Below are positions 55,615 through 64,000 of a stretch of DNA of 64,000 nt, piece after piece (within the stretch, counting starts at the first letter, position 1; each line of letters starts with the position of its first letter). The stretch is from Deltaproteobacteria bacterium (GTDB lineage Bacteria > Myxococcota_A > Polyangia > Polyangiales > Houyiibacteriaceae): NCBI GenBank assembly GCA_034670305.1, contig JAXMNT010000035.1, positions 16,834-80,833 on the forward strand, in the 5' to 3' direction. The translations under genes were made by a program, and so were the position numbers. The notes below the pieces were generated by a model. It made no database searches. It was given only the letters and a program-made list of their open reading frames with translations, and was not told where the DNA came from.

Positions 55615-55627
55615 ATGGCAAACAAAG

Positions 55628-56221
55628 TCAGGCGCGGATGCCGTCGAACATCAGGGCCATGCCGGCTTTGCCCCAGCGGCGTCGGCCCTCGGCGTCCATG
55701 CGGACCGCGCGGCGCATGCCGTCGAAGATCAACGCGACGAGCTGTTGCGAGGTGGCTTCGATGTCGAGTTCCGCGCGCAAGAAGCCCTTCTTCACGCCGT
55801 TGGTGAGGAAGAGCTCGGTGAACTTCGCGTGCATGTCGAGCGCCGCGCCGAGTCGGTCGGAGTCGACCTGCAGCGACTGCTGGTGAAAGAAACGCACGAC
55901 GTCCGGCTGCGAGTCCGCGAGCTCGAGCATCTTGTCGAGAATGCGCTCCACTTGACCCCGGTACTGCTCGAGGGTCTCGGCCGCGTTCGGATCTTCGGAG
56001 AGGCCGAGCTCGGCGATCCGCTGGATGACGCGCTCGAGGATCGTGACCGCGATGTCGTGTTTGTTCTTGAAGTAGCGGTAGAAGGTGCCGTGCCCGATGC
56101 CGAGCTCGGCCGCGATGTCGGCGATGCCGGACTCGTGGTAGCCCTTGGTCGCGAAGATGCGCTCGGCCGCGTCGAGGATCTCGTCGCGGCGCAACTGGGC
56201 GCGGTCGGGCACGGGGCTCAT
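55628..56221 (-). CDS. TetR/AcrR family transcriptional regulator
   Basis: RRDEILDAAERIFATKGYHESGIADIAAELGIGHGTFYRYFKNK. Confidence 0.95.
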   Translation of the reverse strand: MSPVPDRAQLRRDEILDAAERIFATKGYHESGIADIAAELGIGHGTFYRYFKNKHDIAVTILERVIQRIAELGLSEDPNAAETLEQYRGQVERILDKMLELADSQPDVVRFFHQQSLQVDSDRLGAALDMHAKFTELFLTNGVKKGFLRAELDIEATSQQLVALIFDGMRRAVRMDAEGRRRWGKAGMALMFDGIRA

Positions 56222-56243
56222 CGGAGCGGCTCCTCGGGGAACG

Positions 56244-57752
56244 TCACGCGCCCACCCTAGCGCGGGTCGCGGGTTGTGCAGGCGACTTCGCGGCGCGGGC
56301 ACGGGCGGTGACCTCGTAGTGGCTCAACTCGAGCCGACGAAGTCGCCGGAAGAGATCGATGGTCGTCCACGGGTAGATGGCGCTGTTGCGGCCGTTCACG
56401 TCCAAGTACCAGCTCGCACACCCGCCGGCGTTCCACACGGTGTCTCGAAGCGCTTCCTGCACGTCGTCGTTGAAGCGTGCCTGTACTTCGGCCCGCAGGT
56501 CGAGCGACGCGATGTCCTGCCGCGCCATCTGTTCGAGCCCGCTGGCGAGGTAGCTGGCTTGCGCTTCGATGATGCCGAGCGCCGAGCTGTGTCCGTTGCC
56601 CACGTTCGGGCCGAGCATCAGGAACAGGTTGGGGAATCCGCTGACGGTCGTGCCGAGGAACGCTTCGGGACTGCCGCCCCACACCTCGCCGAGGGTGCGG
56701 CCGTCGCGGCCCACCACACAGCGCGAGATGGGCGGGTCGCTGACCTCGAAACCCGTGCCGAAGACGATCGTGTCGACCTCGTGGTGGGTGCCGTCCGCGG
56801 ACACGAGGCCGGTCGGTGTCACCTCGCGCACGCCCTGCGCGATCACGTGCGCGTTCGGCTGCGTGAGCGCGGGGTAGTACGTGTTGGAGAGCAAGAACCG
56901 TTTGCAGCCGAGCACGAAGTCGGGCGTGAGCTTCGCGCGCAGCTCGGGGTCTTTCACCGCGCGGGCGAGGTGGCCTGTGCCGAGAAACTGCAGCCTCTCC
57001 ATCGCCTTCGGGCGGCGCTGCGCCAACTGCACCAGCTCGAGCGCGTGGTAGATGGTCGACCGGTAGGCGCGCTGGGCGGCGGGCACGTAGCGAAAGAGTG
57101 CCTTCTCGAGCGCTGGAATCGCGTGGTCGGGTTTCGGAAGCACCCAGGCCGCGGTCCGCTGGAACAGCAGGAGCTCCTTCACGATGGGCTGGATCTCCGG
57201 GACCAGCTGAATCGAAGAAGACCCGGTTCCGACCACCGCGACACGCCGGCCTTTCAAATCGTGTTCGTGGTTCCACTGCGCGGTGTGAAAGTACGTTCCG
57301 CCGAAGTTCTCGAGTCCGGGCAGCTTCGGGATCTTGGGGAGGTGGAGCGGGCCCGCACCAGCCACCAGGATCTCCGCTTCGAAGGTCTCGCGGTTCGTGC
57401 GAACGAACCACTTCTGCGCGTCGTCGCTCCAGCGGGCCTCTTCCACTTCGGTGTCGAGCTGCACGTGGGACATGACCCCGAACTCCTGCGCGACTCTCAG
57501 CAGGTACGCCTGGATCTCGGGTTGGGGCGAGAAGACACGGCTCCAATCCGGATTCGGCGCGTAAGAGAAGGAGTAGAGATGCGAAGGCACATCACACGCG
57601 CACCCGGGATAGGTGTTCTCGCGCCAGGTGCCGCCGAGCTGGCTCGCCTTCTCCAGGATGACGAAGTCGGTGATGCCCCGCTTCAGGAGCTCGATGCCGA
57701 CCCCCAGCCCCGAAAATCCCCCACCCACAATCACGATCTTCTTGCGTGTCAC
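56244..57752 (-). CDS. Flavin-containing monooxygenase (Baeyer-Villiger type)
   Basis: GGGFSG, GGTWRENTYPGCACDVPSHLYS, FGGTYFHTAQW fingerprint, GTGSS. Confidence 0.93.
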   Translation of the reverse strand: MTRKKIVIVGGGFSGLGVGIELLKRGITDFVILEKASQLGGTWRENTYPGCACDVPSHLYSFSYAPNPDWSRVFSPQPEIQAYLLRVAQEFGVMSHVQLDTEVEEARWSDDAQKWFVRTNRETFEAEILVAGAGPLHLPKIPKLPGLENFGGTYFHTAQWNHEHDLKGRRVAVVGTGSSSIQLVPEIQPIVKELLLFQRTAAWVLPKPDHAIPALEKALFRYVPAAQRAYRSTIYHALELVQLAQRRPKAMERLQFLGTGHLARAVKDPELRAKLTPDFVLGCKRFLLSNTYYPALTQPNAHVIAQGVREVTPTGLVSADGTHHEVDTIVFGTGFEVSDPPISRCVVGRDGRTLGEVWGGSPEAFLGTTVSGFPNLFLMLGPNVGNGHSSALGIIEAQASYLASGLEQMARQDIASLDLRAEVQARFNDDVQEALRDTVWNAGGCASWYLDVNGRNSAIYPWTTIDLFRRLRRLELSHYEVTARARAAKSPAQPATRARVGA

Positions 57753-57779
57753 TGGTCCCTCCACCCCACGCCAACGCGG

Positions 57780-57826
57780 GAATGACATCTCGTTCCGCAG
57801 AATGACATCTCATTCCGCTTTGTCAA
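57780..57826 (-). promoter_or_regulatory. Tandem palindromic operators overlapping the putative monooxygenase promoter
   Basis: GAATGA-CATC-TC(G/A)TTC twice with 20-bp period (57780-57795, 57800-57815); TTGACA on the minus strand at 57826-57821. Confidence 0.65.
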
Positions 57827-57861
57827 GATGCCTCGCCGGCCTTTGCTCGACTGGTCTTAAT

Positions 57862-58128
57862 ATGCTGAAATCACTGTGCTTACTGGTCTCCGTCGGTTGC
57901 GTTTCGCCCGGCCCCAGCGCGGACACCATGGCGCGCGACGAGCACACGACGCACGTGCCGGCGTCGGAGCCACGCCCCACCGCTCAGGCAGAACCACCCA
58001 TCGATGCAGCCGGCGGGGAGCCGATCGACCTCGGCGCGTGCACGTTCGGATGTTGTGGGCCGGACGAGCGGACCCCCGATCCACAGGGCCACATCGAGTG
58101 CTGCTTCTGTGGACCCGACGAACCCTAG
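57862..58128 (+). CDS. Small Cys-rich putative lipoprotein
   Basis: MLKSLCLLVSVGC; internal repeat CCGPDE / CCFCGPDE. Confidence 0.45.
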   Translation: MLKSLCLLVSVGCVSPGPSADTMARDEHTTHVPASEPRPTAQAEPPIDAAGGEPIDLGACTFGCCGPDERTPDPQGHIECCFCGPDEP

Positions 58129-58200
58129 CCGGTCCGCAACTCGGTGCGACAACAGGCGAGGCCACCGCAACTCCGGAAAACCCGGTAGGATGACCGCCGA

Positions 58201-60042
58201 ATGGCGGAGGCTTTGCCGCGGAAATTCGGCGACTACGTGCTCGAGCGTCGCCTTGGGGTCGGCGGTATGGCGGAGACGTTCGTGGCGCGCCGCGCCACCC
58301 ACGGGGCCGTGGAGCAGCGGGTCTGTCTGAAGCGGGTGCTGCCGGCCTTCAGCCAAGACCCGGCCTTCGTGCAGCAGTTTCAGCGGGAGGCCCGGCTCGC
58401 CGGCCGGCTCCGGCACAGCAACATCGTGGGGGTCATCGACTTCGGATCCGTCGAAGGCGAACTCTACATGGGTTTGGAGCTCGTCGAGGGCGTGGACCTT
58501 CGCGCATTGATGTCGAGTCTGGATGCGCCGATGGACCCTGCGCTGGCGGCATTGATCACCCTCGATCTCGCCTACGCACTCGAGTACGCGCACGACAATG
58601 GGGTGGTGCACCGGGACGTCACGCCATCGAACGTGCTGCTCTCCCTCGACGGCGAAGTGAAACTCGCGGACTTCGGCGTCGCGAAGGCACTCGACGGCGC
58701 GACCATCGCCACCGCCAGTGGGTTCATCAAAGGCAAGGTGCCGTACATGGCGCCCGAACAGATGCGCGGAGGCAACGTCGACGGCCGGGCGGACCTCTTC
58801 TCGGTCGGCATCACGCTCTACCAGATGCTGGCCGGGCGCCGGCCCTTCGTCGGCTCCCACGACGTCGAAGTGATGATGAAGGTGCTCGAAGGCAACCGAC
58901 CGCCGCTGCAGGAGTTGGCACCCGACACCCCGGCGCTCCTGCTCGAGATGACCGAGAAGCTGCTCGAACTCGATCCGGAGAACCGGCATGCCCATGCGGG
59001 CGAACTCCCGGAAGTGCTCGCGCCCTTCCTCCGCGACGGCATGTTGCGCGACCGGCTCGCGGCCCTCGTGCGCGCGGCCCACGGAGACGAGTCGGAACCC
59101 GAACGCCGAGACACCGCACTCGCACTCGCCAACGAGCTCGAGATGGGCACTGCGCGGCCGGAGGATCCGGACACCGAGAAGGAGACGCCAGCCGACGCGC
59201 ACGCGCAAACCGAACTCGGTCCCTCGCCGCTGAAGACGGGCCCGGCCGAGACGCCCACGCCCAAGACGGCCACGCCCGACACGGAAGGAACACAGCTCGG
59301 GCACAGCGCACCCGAGACGGTGGGTGCCGCGCCAGACGCCAAACTCGGTGCCCCCGCCGAGCTCGAGGCTGCGTCGGAAACCGAAGATCACCCGGCTGTC
59401 GAAGCGGTCGCGACAATGGACGTGCCGAGCGAAGTGACGGTGTCGACGCCCTCCCCGATCGATGCGATGCCGGATGCGATCCTCGCCGAAGCGTCGACCG
59501 CGCCACCGCGCAGCCGCGTGGGGCTCTGGGTCGGGCTCGGGCTGACCGCGCTGCTCGGCGGCGGCATCGGGCTCGGACTGGTGGAAGGCGAGCCCGAACC
59601 GGTCGCCCAGATCACGCCGGTCGAACAGCCGCCCGTGGTGGGCGCGGACCCAGGTGGCGCGACCATGGCGCCGACCAAGACGACTCCGAGGATGACGGCA
59701 CCCACGCTTCCGAATGGCCTGGCGCCCCCGGAAGTCGCGGAAGTCGCGATGGACGAGCCGGTCGACATGGACGCGGTGGCGCGGACGATGACCGAAGCGC
59801 CGATGGACTCGACGATGGAGGAAGAAGCCCCCGCACGGCTCGCGCGCTACCGCGTGAACGTCTTCCCCTGGGGAGAAGTGTGGCTCGCCAACCGTTACAT
59901 GGGACGGGCACCCGTCACGCTGCGGCTGCCTCCGGGTCGGCACCTGGTGAAAGTGGGACAAGGTTCCCCCAGCCGAAACCGCACGTTGAACGTCCGCACC
60001 GGACGGGAACGGGACACCCTGGAGTTCGATCTCGCCAACTGA
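58201..60042 (+). CDS. Hanks-type Ser/Thr protein kinase with TM helix and C-terminal PEGA-like domain
   Basis: GVGGMAETF, HRDVTPSNVLL, DFG, KGKVPYMAPE; TM; VNVFPWGEVW..GRAPVTLRLPPGRH. Confidence 0.95.
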   Translation: MAEALPRKFGDYVLERRLGVGGMAETFVARRATHGAVEQRVCLKRVLPAFSQDPAFVQQFQREARLAGRLRHSNIVGVIDFGSVEGELYMGLELVEGVDLRALMSSLDAPMDPALAALITLDLAYALEYAHDNGVVHRDVTPSNVLLSLDGEVKLADFGVAKALDGATIATASGFIKGKVPYMAPEQMRGGNVDGRADLFSVGITLYQMLAGRRPFVGSHDVEVMMKVLEGNRPPLQELAPDTPALLLEMTEKLLELDPENRHAHAGELPEVLAPFLRDGMLRDRLAALVRAAHGDESEPERRDTALALANELEMGTARPEDPDTEKETPADAHAQTELGPSPLKTGPAETPTPKTATPDTEGTQLGHSAPETVGAAPDAKLGAPAELEAASETEDHPAVEAVATMDVPSEVTVSTPSPIDAMPDAILAEASTAPPRSRVGLWVGLGLTALLGGGIGLGLVEGEPEPVAQITPVEQPPVVGADPGGATMAPTKTTPRMTAPTLPNGLAPPEVAEVAMDEPVDMDAVARTMTEAPMDSTMEEEAPARLARYRVNVFPWGEVWLANRYMGRAPVTLRLPPGRHLVKVGQGSPSRNRTLNVRTGRERDTLEFDLAN

Positions 60043-60135
60043 ACCGACGTATGGCGAGTCTCGTGCAGCGAACCCGGCTCGGAGTGAATAAGTAGGTTGG
60101 GTTGGTGTTTCGCCAAGGCGGTCGCACAATGGAGC

Positions 60136-61320
60136 ATGGCTGAGATGACGACGGGAACTGGAGCGCGCCTCGGGCGCCGCGCCTGCGCGTCGTGCCTCGC
60201 CTGTCTCCTGTGGCTCGCGACCAGTGGTTCGGGCGTGGCGCAGCGACGCCCCATCGATGTGCTCGGCCCGGTGCCGGCCGCGCCCGGCGCGCCCTCCCGC
60301 CAAGTGCCGCCCGCGCCCGGTGCCCATCCGGTGCAAGCGGATCCTGGCGCCACCGCCCCGGCCGAACCACCACCGAGTCGGCCCTCGCGTCCAGATCGCG
60401 AACCGGACCTGCGCCCGCCGATCACACTCGCCGAGACGGCCGGCTGGATCTTCGAAGACCCGGAGCCGGTCCCGAGCGATCCCGAGCAGGCAGCCGAACG
60501 CTACGCCGAAGAGCAACTCTACCGCCGCATCCAGGAAGACCAGCTTCGCCATGTGGGCGCGGACGACTGGTACCACCAGATGAGCCAGGAGATGCGGCGC
60601 TCGCTGCGTGTCGACTCCCGCGAAGTCACCCAAGAGCGGCGGCGCGGCATGAACGTGCTGCAACGCGCGGTGGATGAGTTCGGGCGCTACGCGAGTGGCC
60701 CTTCGGCGCCCGGCACCGTGCCCGGCCAGGCCATGCCAGAGACGATGCGGCAGTTCGACAACGCCGAGCGCGCGAACCTCGAGCGCATGGAACAAGAGAA
60801 CCTCAACAACGCGCCCGTGCGCTGGTACGAGGTCGAGGTTCGGGTCACCCAGGCGCCCGACGGCGACTTGCTCGCGATCTGGGTCACGCGCTCGTCGCGC
60901 AACCGAGTCGTGGACCAAGCGGTGCTCGATGCGTTCCGTCGAGGATCGACCCGCGTCCCGGCCCCGCCGCGCGAGGTGGTCGGTGAGCGGCTCGCCATTG
61001 CGAGCGAGTGGCTGGTCGAAGTCGGCGACGTGGCGACCTACTGGAACCAAGCCGGCTGCGTCGACGATCCGGTCCAGGGCGGCTACCAGTGCGCGGCCGG
61101 CGGACGCGGTATCGTGCGCACCCGCATGCGTCTTCTTCGCGTCATCGACGCCACCCACCCGACCTGGGGCGAGCGCGAGCGCAACGAGCGCCGCGTCGCC
61201 GAACGCCGCGCCGCCCTGGAACGCGCCGAACGGCCAGCCGCCCTGACCCCGCCCGCTCGACCCGCGCCGCGCCCCCCCGCAGCCACCCGCCGCGCGCCCA
61301 CGCCGCCCACGCCGAACTAG
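60136..61320 (+). CDS. Exported protein with TonB/TolA C-terminal-like domain
   Basis: Pro-rich linker; EVRVTQAPDGDLLAIWVTRSSRNRVVDQAVLDAF. Confidence 0.6.
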   Translation: MAEMTTGTGARLGRRACASCLACLLWLATSGSGVAQRRPIDVLGPVPAAPGAPSRQVPPAPGAHPVQADPGATAPAEPPPSRPSRPDREPDLRPPITLAETAGWIFEDPEPVPSDPEQAAERYAEEQLYRRIQEDQLRHVGADDWYHQMSQEMRRSLRVDSREVTQERRRGMNVLQRAVDEFGRYASGPSAPGTVPGQAMPETMRQFDNAERANLERMEQENLNNAPVRWYEVEVRVTQAPDGDLLAIWVTRSSRNRVVDQAVLDAFRRGSTRVPAPPREVVGERLAIASEWLVEVGDVATYWNQAGCVDDPVQGGYQCAAGGRGIVRTRMRLLRVIDATHPTWGERERNERRVAERRAALERAERPAALTPPARPAPRPPAATRRAPTPPTPN

Positions 61321-61698
61321 GGCCGCCAGTCTCGCGAAGCGAGCCAGGCCATCCACAGCACCAGCGAGTCAGGCGACTCCACCCGTGCACCTGCGCAGCC
61401 CGCAGGGCGAGCAACTGGTGCACTCCCCAAGTGCACGCAGAGCGCCTCAAGGAGCGCCTAGCAGGTCGCTAAAAAGCGACCTGCTCCCTTGCCGTTGCCC
61501 TTGCCCGTGCCCTTGCCCGCGTCGTGGACGCCGTGTGTTTCGCGACGGCGAGGCCGCGAATCGGAGCCCGATGCCCAGCGGACGCCGCCAATCGCATCAA
61601 GGGTTTTCCAATGGACCCACCGAATGGCGGCGAGCACGTGCAGGCAGCGACGGGCGCGAATTAGGGCCGCCAGTCTCGCGAAGCGAGCCAGGCCCGTA
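61317..61698. mobile_element. Composite MITE/REP-like element (modules C'-A-B-C)
   Basis: Modules recur at 55410-55614 and 63876-64000; the 61317 C' copy and module B start at CTAG and contain hairpins; no transposase present. Confidence 0.6.
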
Positions 61699-61701
61699 GT
61701 G

Positions 61702-61743
61702 AGAAAGAAAGAAGAACCCCACGCAGCCAGGGCCGCGTGGGGT
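61702..61743 (-). terminator. Rho-independent terminator of the 91-aa gene
   Basis: Minus strand ACCCCACGCGGCC-CT-GGCTGCGTGGGGT followed by TCTTCTTTCTTTCT. Confidence 0.65.
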
Positions 61744-61778
61744 CTCGAGAAACGCAGAGGCGAACCTCCGGACGTCGT

Positions 61779-62054
61779 CTACTTCTTGTCGCCACCCTTG
61801 GTGGTCGCCCACTTGCGGATCTCGTCGCGGAACCATTTGTCGGCTTCGTCCGTCCACTTCATCTTGTCGCGGAGGTAGGCCATGGTGTCCTTCTCGACGT
61901 CGGTGTACGCGTCGCCGTCCTTGACGAGCTTGAGGAGCATGGTCGCGTCCTCCATGGAGATGCGGCCATCGCCGCGACCGGCCACGGCCTTCTCTGCCGC
62001 CTCGATGAGCGCTCCGTCGTACTTCTTGCCGTCGATCTGCTTGTAGTAACCCAT
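61779..62054 (-). CDS. Small conserved-looking hypothetical protein (91 aa)
   Basis: MGYYKQIDGKKYD...GDGRISMEDA...YTDVEKDTMAY..KWTDEADKWFR; strong codon bias, GGAG RBS, own terminator. Confidence 0.85.
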   Translation of the reverse strand: MGYYKQIDGKKYDGALIEAAEKAVAGRGDGRISMEDATMLLKLVKDGDAYTDVEKDTMAYLRDKMKWTDEADKWFRDEIRKWATTKGGDKK

Positions 62055-62244
62055 AACCGTTCGTTCTCCGTTCGTATGCCGCCGTGGCGTCCCCCGCTGC
62101 AGGCGGCTCGTGTTGTGAGGACGGTATACGGCGGACAGGGACACATCTTCCGCAAGATTGCTCACGGTACGCGTTTTCGTCTGACCACGCGGCCTGCTCG
62201 GAAGGGAGGTGCGCCGGGAGGTGGGGTGGGGTAACACCGCCGCC

Positions 62245-63879
62245 GTGACCTCGGACGACGAGCTGGAGCCTGACGCGGAGCCCGCGGAGACGGGCGTGGC
62301 GGGCGGCGCGGAGGGCACCGAGGGCGGCGATGCCGATGCCGAAGCCGATGCCGATGCCGATGCCGATGCCGATGCCGATGCCGACGCCGACTCCGAAGCC
62401 GACGCCGATGCCGATGCCGATGCCGGATCCGATGCCGATGCCGATGCCGATGCCGATGCCGGATCCGATGCCGAAGCCGAATTCGATGCCGACGCCGACG
62501 ACGCCGAATCCGATGCCGAGTCCTTGGACGGCGGGGCCGATGGTCGGGAGGAGGGGGACCGCAAGCTGAAGCGGCTGGCGGTCCGGGGCGGGCTGGTCGA
62601 GATGGGGGCGTACCTGTTTGGGCAGGTGATGCGGCTGGGGGGGAACCTCCTCCTGACGCGGCTCCTCTTTCCTGAAGCGTTCGGGATCATGACGACGCTG
62701 ATGGTGTTCAACACCGGGCTCATCATGTTGAGCGACGTCGGCATCGAGCAGGCGATCATCCAGAACGAGAAGGGCGACGACCGCACCTTCCTCAACACCG
62801 GCTGGACGCTTCAGGTCATCCGAGGGTTCGGGCTCTACCTGGCTGCCGTGCTGCTCGCCTATCCGATGGCCGTGCTCGAAGGCGAGCCGCAGCTCCTCTA
62901 CTTGATTCCGGTCGGCGCGCTCGCGGTGCCGATCGCAGGGTTCGGCAGCACCGCGGAGTTCACGCTGCGGCGGCGGGTGACCCCAGCCCGCATCCTGTTC
63001 CTCGACGTCACCTCGCAGATGTTCGGGCTGATCGTGATGGTGATCTGGTCGCTCCTGAGCCCGAGCCTCTGGGCGCTCCTCGCGGGCACCATCGCGCGCG
63101 AGATCTTCCGCGCCATCGGCACCCACCTGGTGCTCATCAAGGGTTACCGAAACCGCTTCGCCTGGCACGCCGAACACCGTGCGACGATCATCGGGTTCGG
63201 CCGGTGGATCCTCGGCTCGTCGGCGGTGTTCTACCTGGCTGGGTTCGCGGACCGGCTCTTGCTCCTGCCGTACTTGCAACCGCGCGGACTCGGCGTCTAC
63301 TCGGTGGCCGCGCTCTTGAGCGAAGCCGCCTACACGGTCATCGGCAAGGTCATCCACGGGGTGCTGTTCCCGATCTTCAGCCGGGTGCGGCTCGAAGGCA
63401 CCGAGCGGCTGCGCGAGGTCTACTACCGCGCGCGGCTGCGCATCGACTTCCTCTCGCTCGGCGGCGTGGGCGGCCTCGTGATGGTCGGTCCGACGCTCGT
63501 CGACCTGCTCTGGGACGACCGCTACCACATGGCCGGTTGGATGCTGCAGGTGCTCTGCGTGAAAGCCGCCACCCGCTCGATCTTCGACCCCGCCGACAAG
63601 TGCCTGATGGCGCTCGGCAAAGTGCGGCTGTGTTTCATCAACAACGTCTTCCGCGCGATCTTCCTCTTCGCCGGCATTCCGATCGGCTGGCACTACATGG
63701 GGCCGGCCGGCGTGGTGTGGGCGGTCGCACTCAACGACATCCCCTCCGCGTTCATCCTGTGGCCGGCCCTCTACAAGGCCGGCGTGCTGCGCCCCGAACG
63801 CGAACTCTTCTCGCTCAGCTACCTCGGCGTCGGCCTGGCCGCCGGCTACCTGGTGAACCTCTTCATCGGTCTGTTCTAG
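62245..63879 (+). CDS. Oligosaccharide flippase (Wzx/MOP superfamily) with acidic (DA)n N-terminal extension
   Basis: LTRLLFPEAFG, LSDVGIEQAIIQ, FLNTGWTLQVIRG, LGVYSVA, VLFPIFSRV; start codon uncertain. Confidence 0.88.
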   Translation: MTSDDELEPDAEPAETGVAGGAEGTEGGDADAEADADADADADADADADSEADADADADAGSDADADADADAGSDAEAEFDADADDAESDAESLDGGADGREEGDRKLKRLAVRGGLVEMGAYLFGQVMRLGGNLLLTRLLFPEAFGIMTTLMVFNTGLIMLSDVGIEQAIIQNEKGDDRTFLNTGWTLQVIRGFGLYLAAVLLAYPMAVLEGEPQLLYLIPVGALAVPIAGFGSTAEFTLRRRVTPARILFLDVTSQMFGLIVMVIWSLLSPSLWALLAGTIAREIFRAIGTHLVLIKGYRNRFAWHAEHRATIIGFGRWILGSSAVFYLAGFADRLLLLPYLQPRGLGVYSVAALLSEAAYTVIGKVIHGVLFPIFSRVRLEGTERLREVYYRARLRIDFLSLGGVGGLVMVGPTLVDLLWDDRYHMAGWMLQVLCVKAATRSIFDPADKCLMALGKVRLCFINNVFRAIFLFAGIPIGWHYMGPAGVVWAVALNDIPSAFILWPALYKAGVLRPERELFSLSYLGVGLAAGYLVNLFIGLF

Positions 63880-64000
63880 CAGGTCGCTGAAAAGCGACCT
63901 GCTCCCTTGCCGTTGCCCTTGCCCGTGCCCTTGCCCGCGTCGTGGACGCCGTGTGTTTCGCGACGGCGAGGCGCGAATCGGAGCGCGATGCCCAGCGGAC
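63876..64000. repeat. Second copy of module B (truncated by window end)
   Basis: Near-identical to 61458-61583; starts CTAGCAGGTCGCT-GAAA-AGCGACCTGCT. Confidence 0.88.

Noticed and set aside
54833-55621. ORFs encoding (GF)n, (SA)n, (PK)n or (EA)n peptides from arrays (also 7573-9066, 11173-11403, 37153-37557)
   Set aside because: All frames of the hexamer arrays are open; no RBS or domain support

Overview
High-GC bacterial chromosome segment, most likely a myxobacterium (Polyangiales/Sandaracinaceae-like, inferred from three MYXO-CTERM-type sorting tails, myxobacterial Cys-rich repeats and a Hanks kinase with a PEGA-like domain). Housekeeping and metabolic genes include prfC, an ABC1/UbiB kinase, a 2-hydroxyacid dehydrogenase, an RND efflux pair, an amidohydrolase with TetR, a MoxR-DUF58-transglutaminase operon, gltBD, an MMPL transporter, a Baeyer-Villiger-type monooxygenase with TetR, and a flippase. 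Four things stand out. (1) A visibly lower-GC island (~40.0-44.2 kb) carries a DUF4209/HEPN-type protein followed by a divergent proteasome-beta-like N-terminal-threonine hydrolase, a candidate undescribed two-gene defence module. (2) About a dozen intergenic period-6 repeat arrays largely alternate in orientation, so that whole genes or operons are bracketed by subtype-matched inverted arrays. (3) Modular MITE/REP-like elements that begin at (C)TAG, some supplying stop codons. (4) A tandem pair of RlaP-like nucleotidyltransferases with no RNA ligase nearby. No rRNA, complete tRNA, CRISPR array, integrase or transposase was seen. All calls come from motif recognition by eye, without database searches; start codons were chosen manually.
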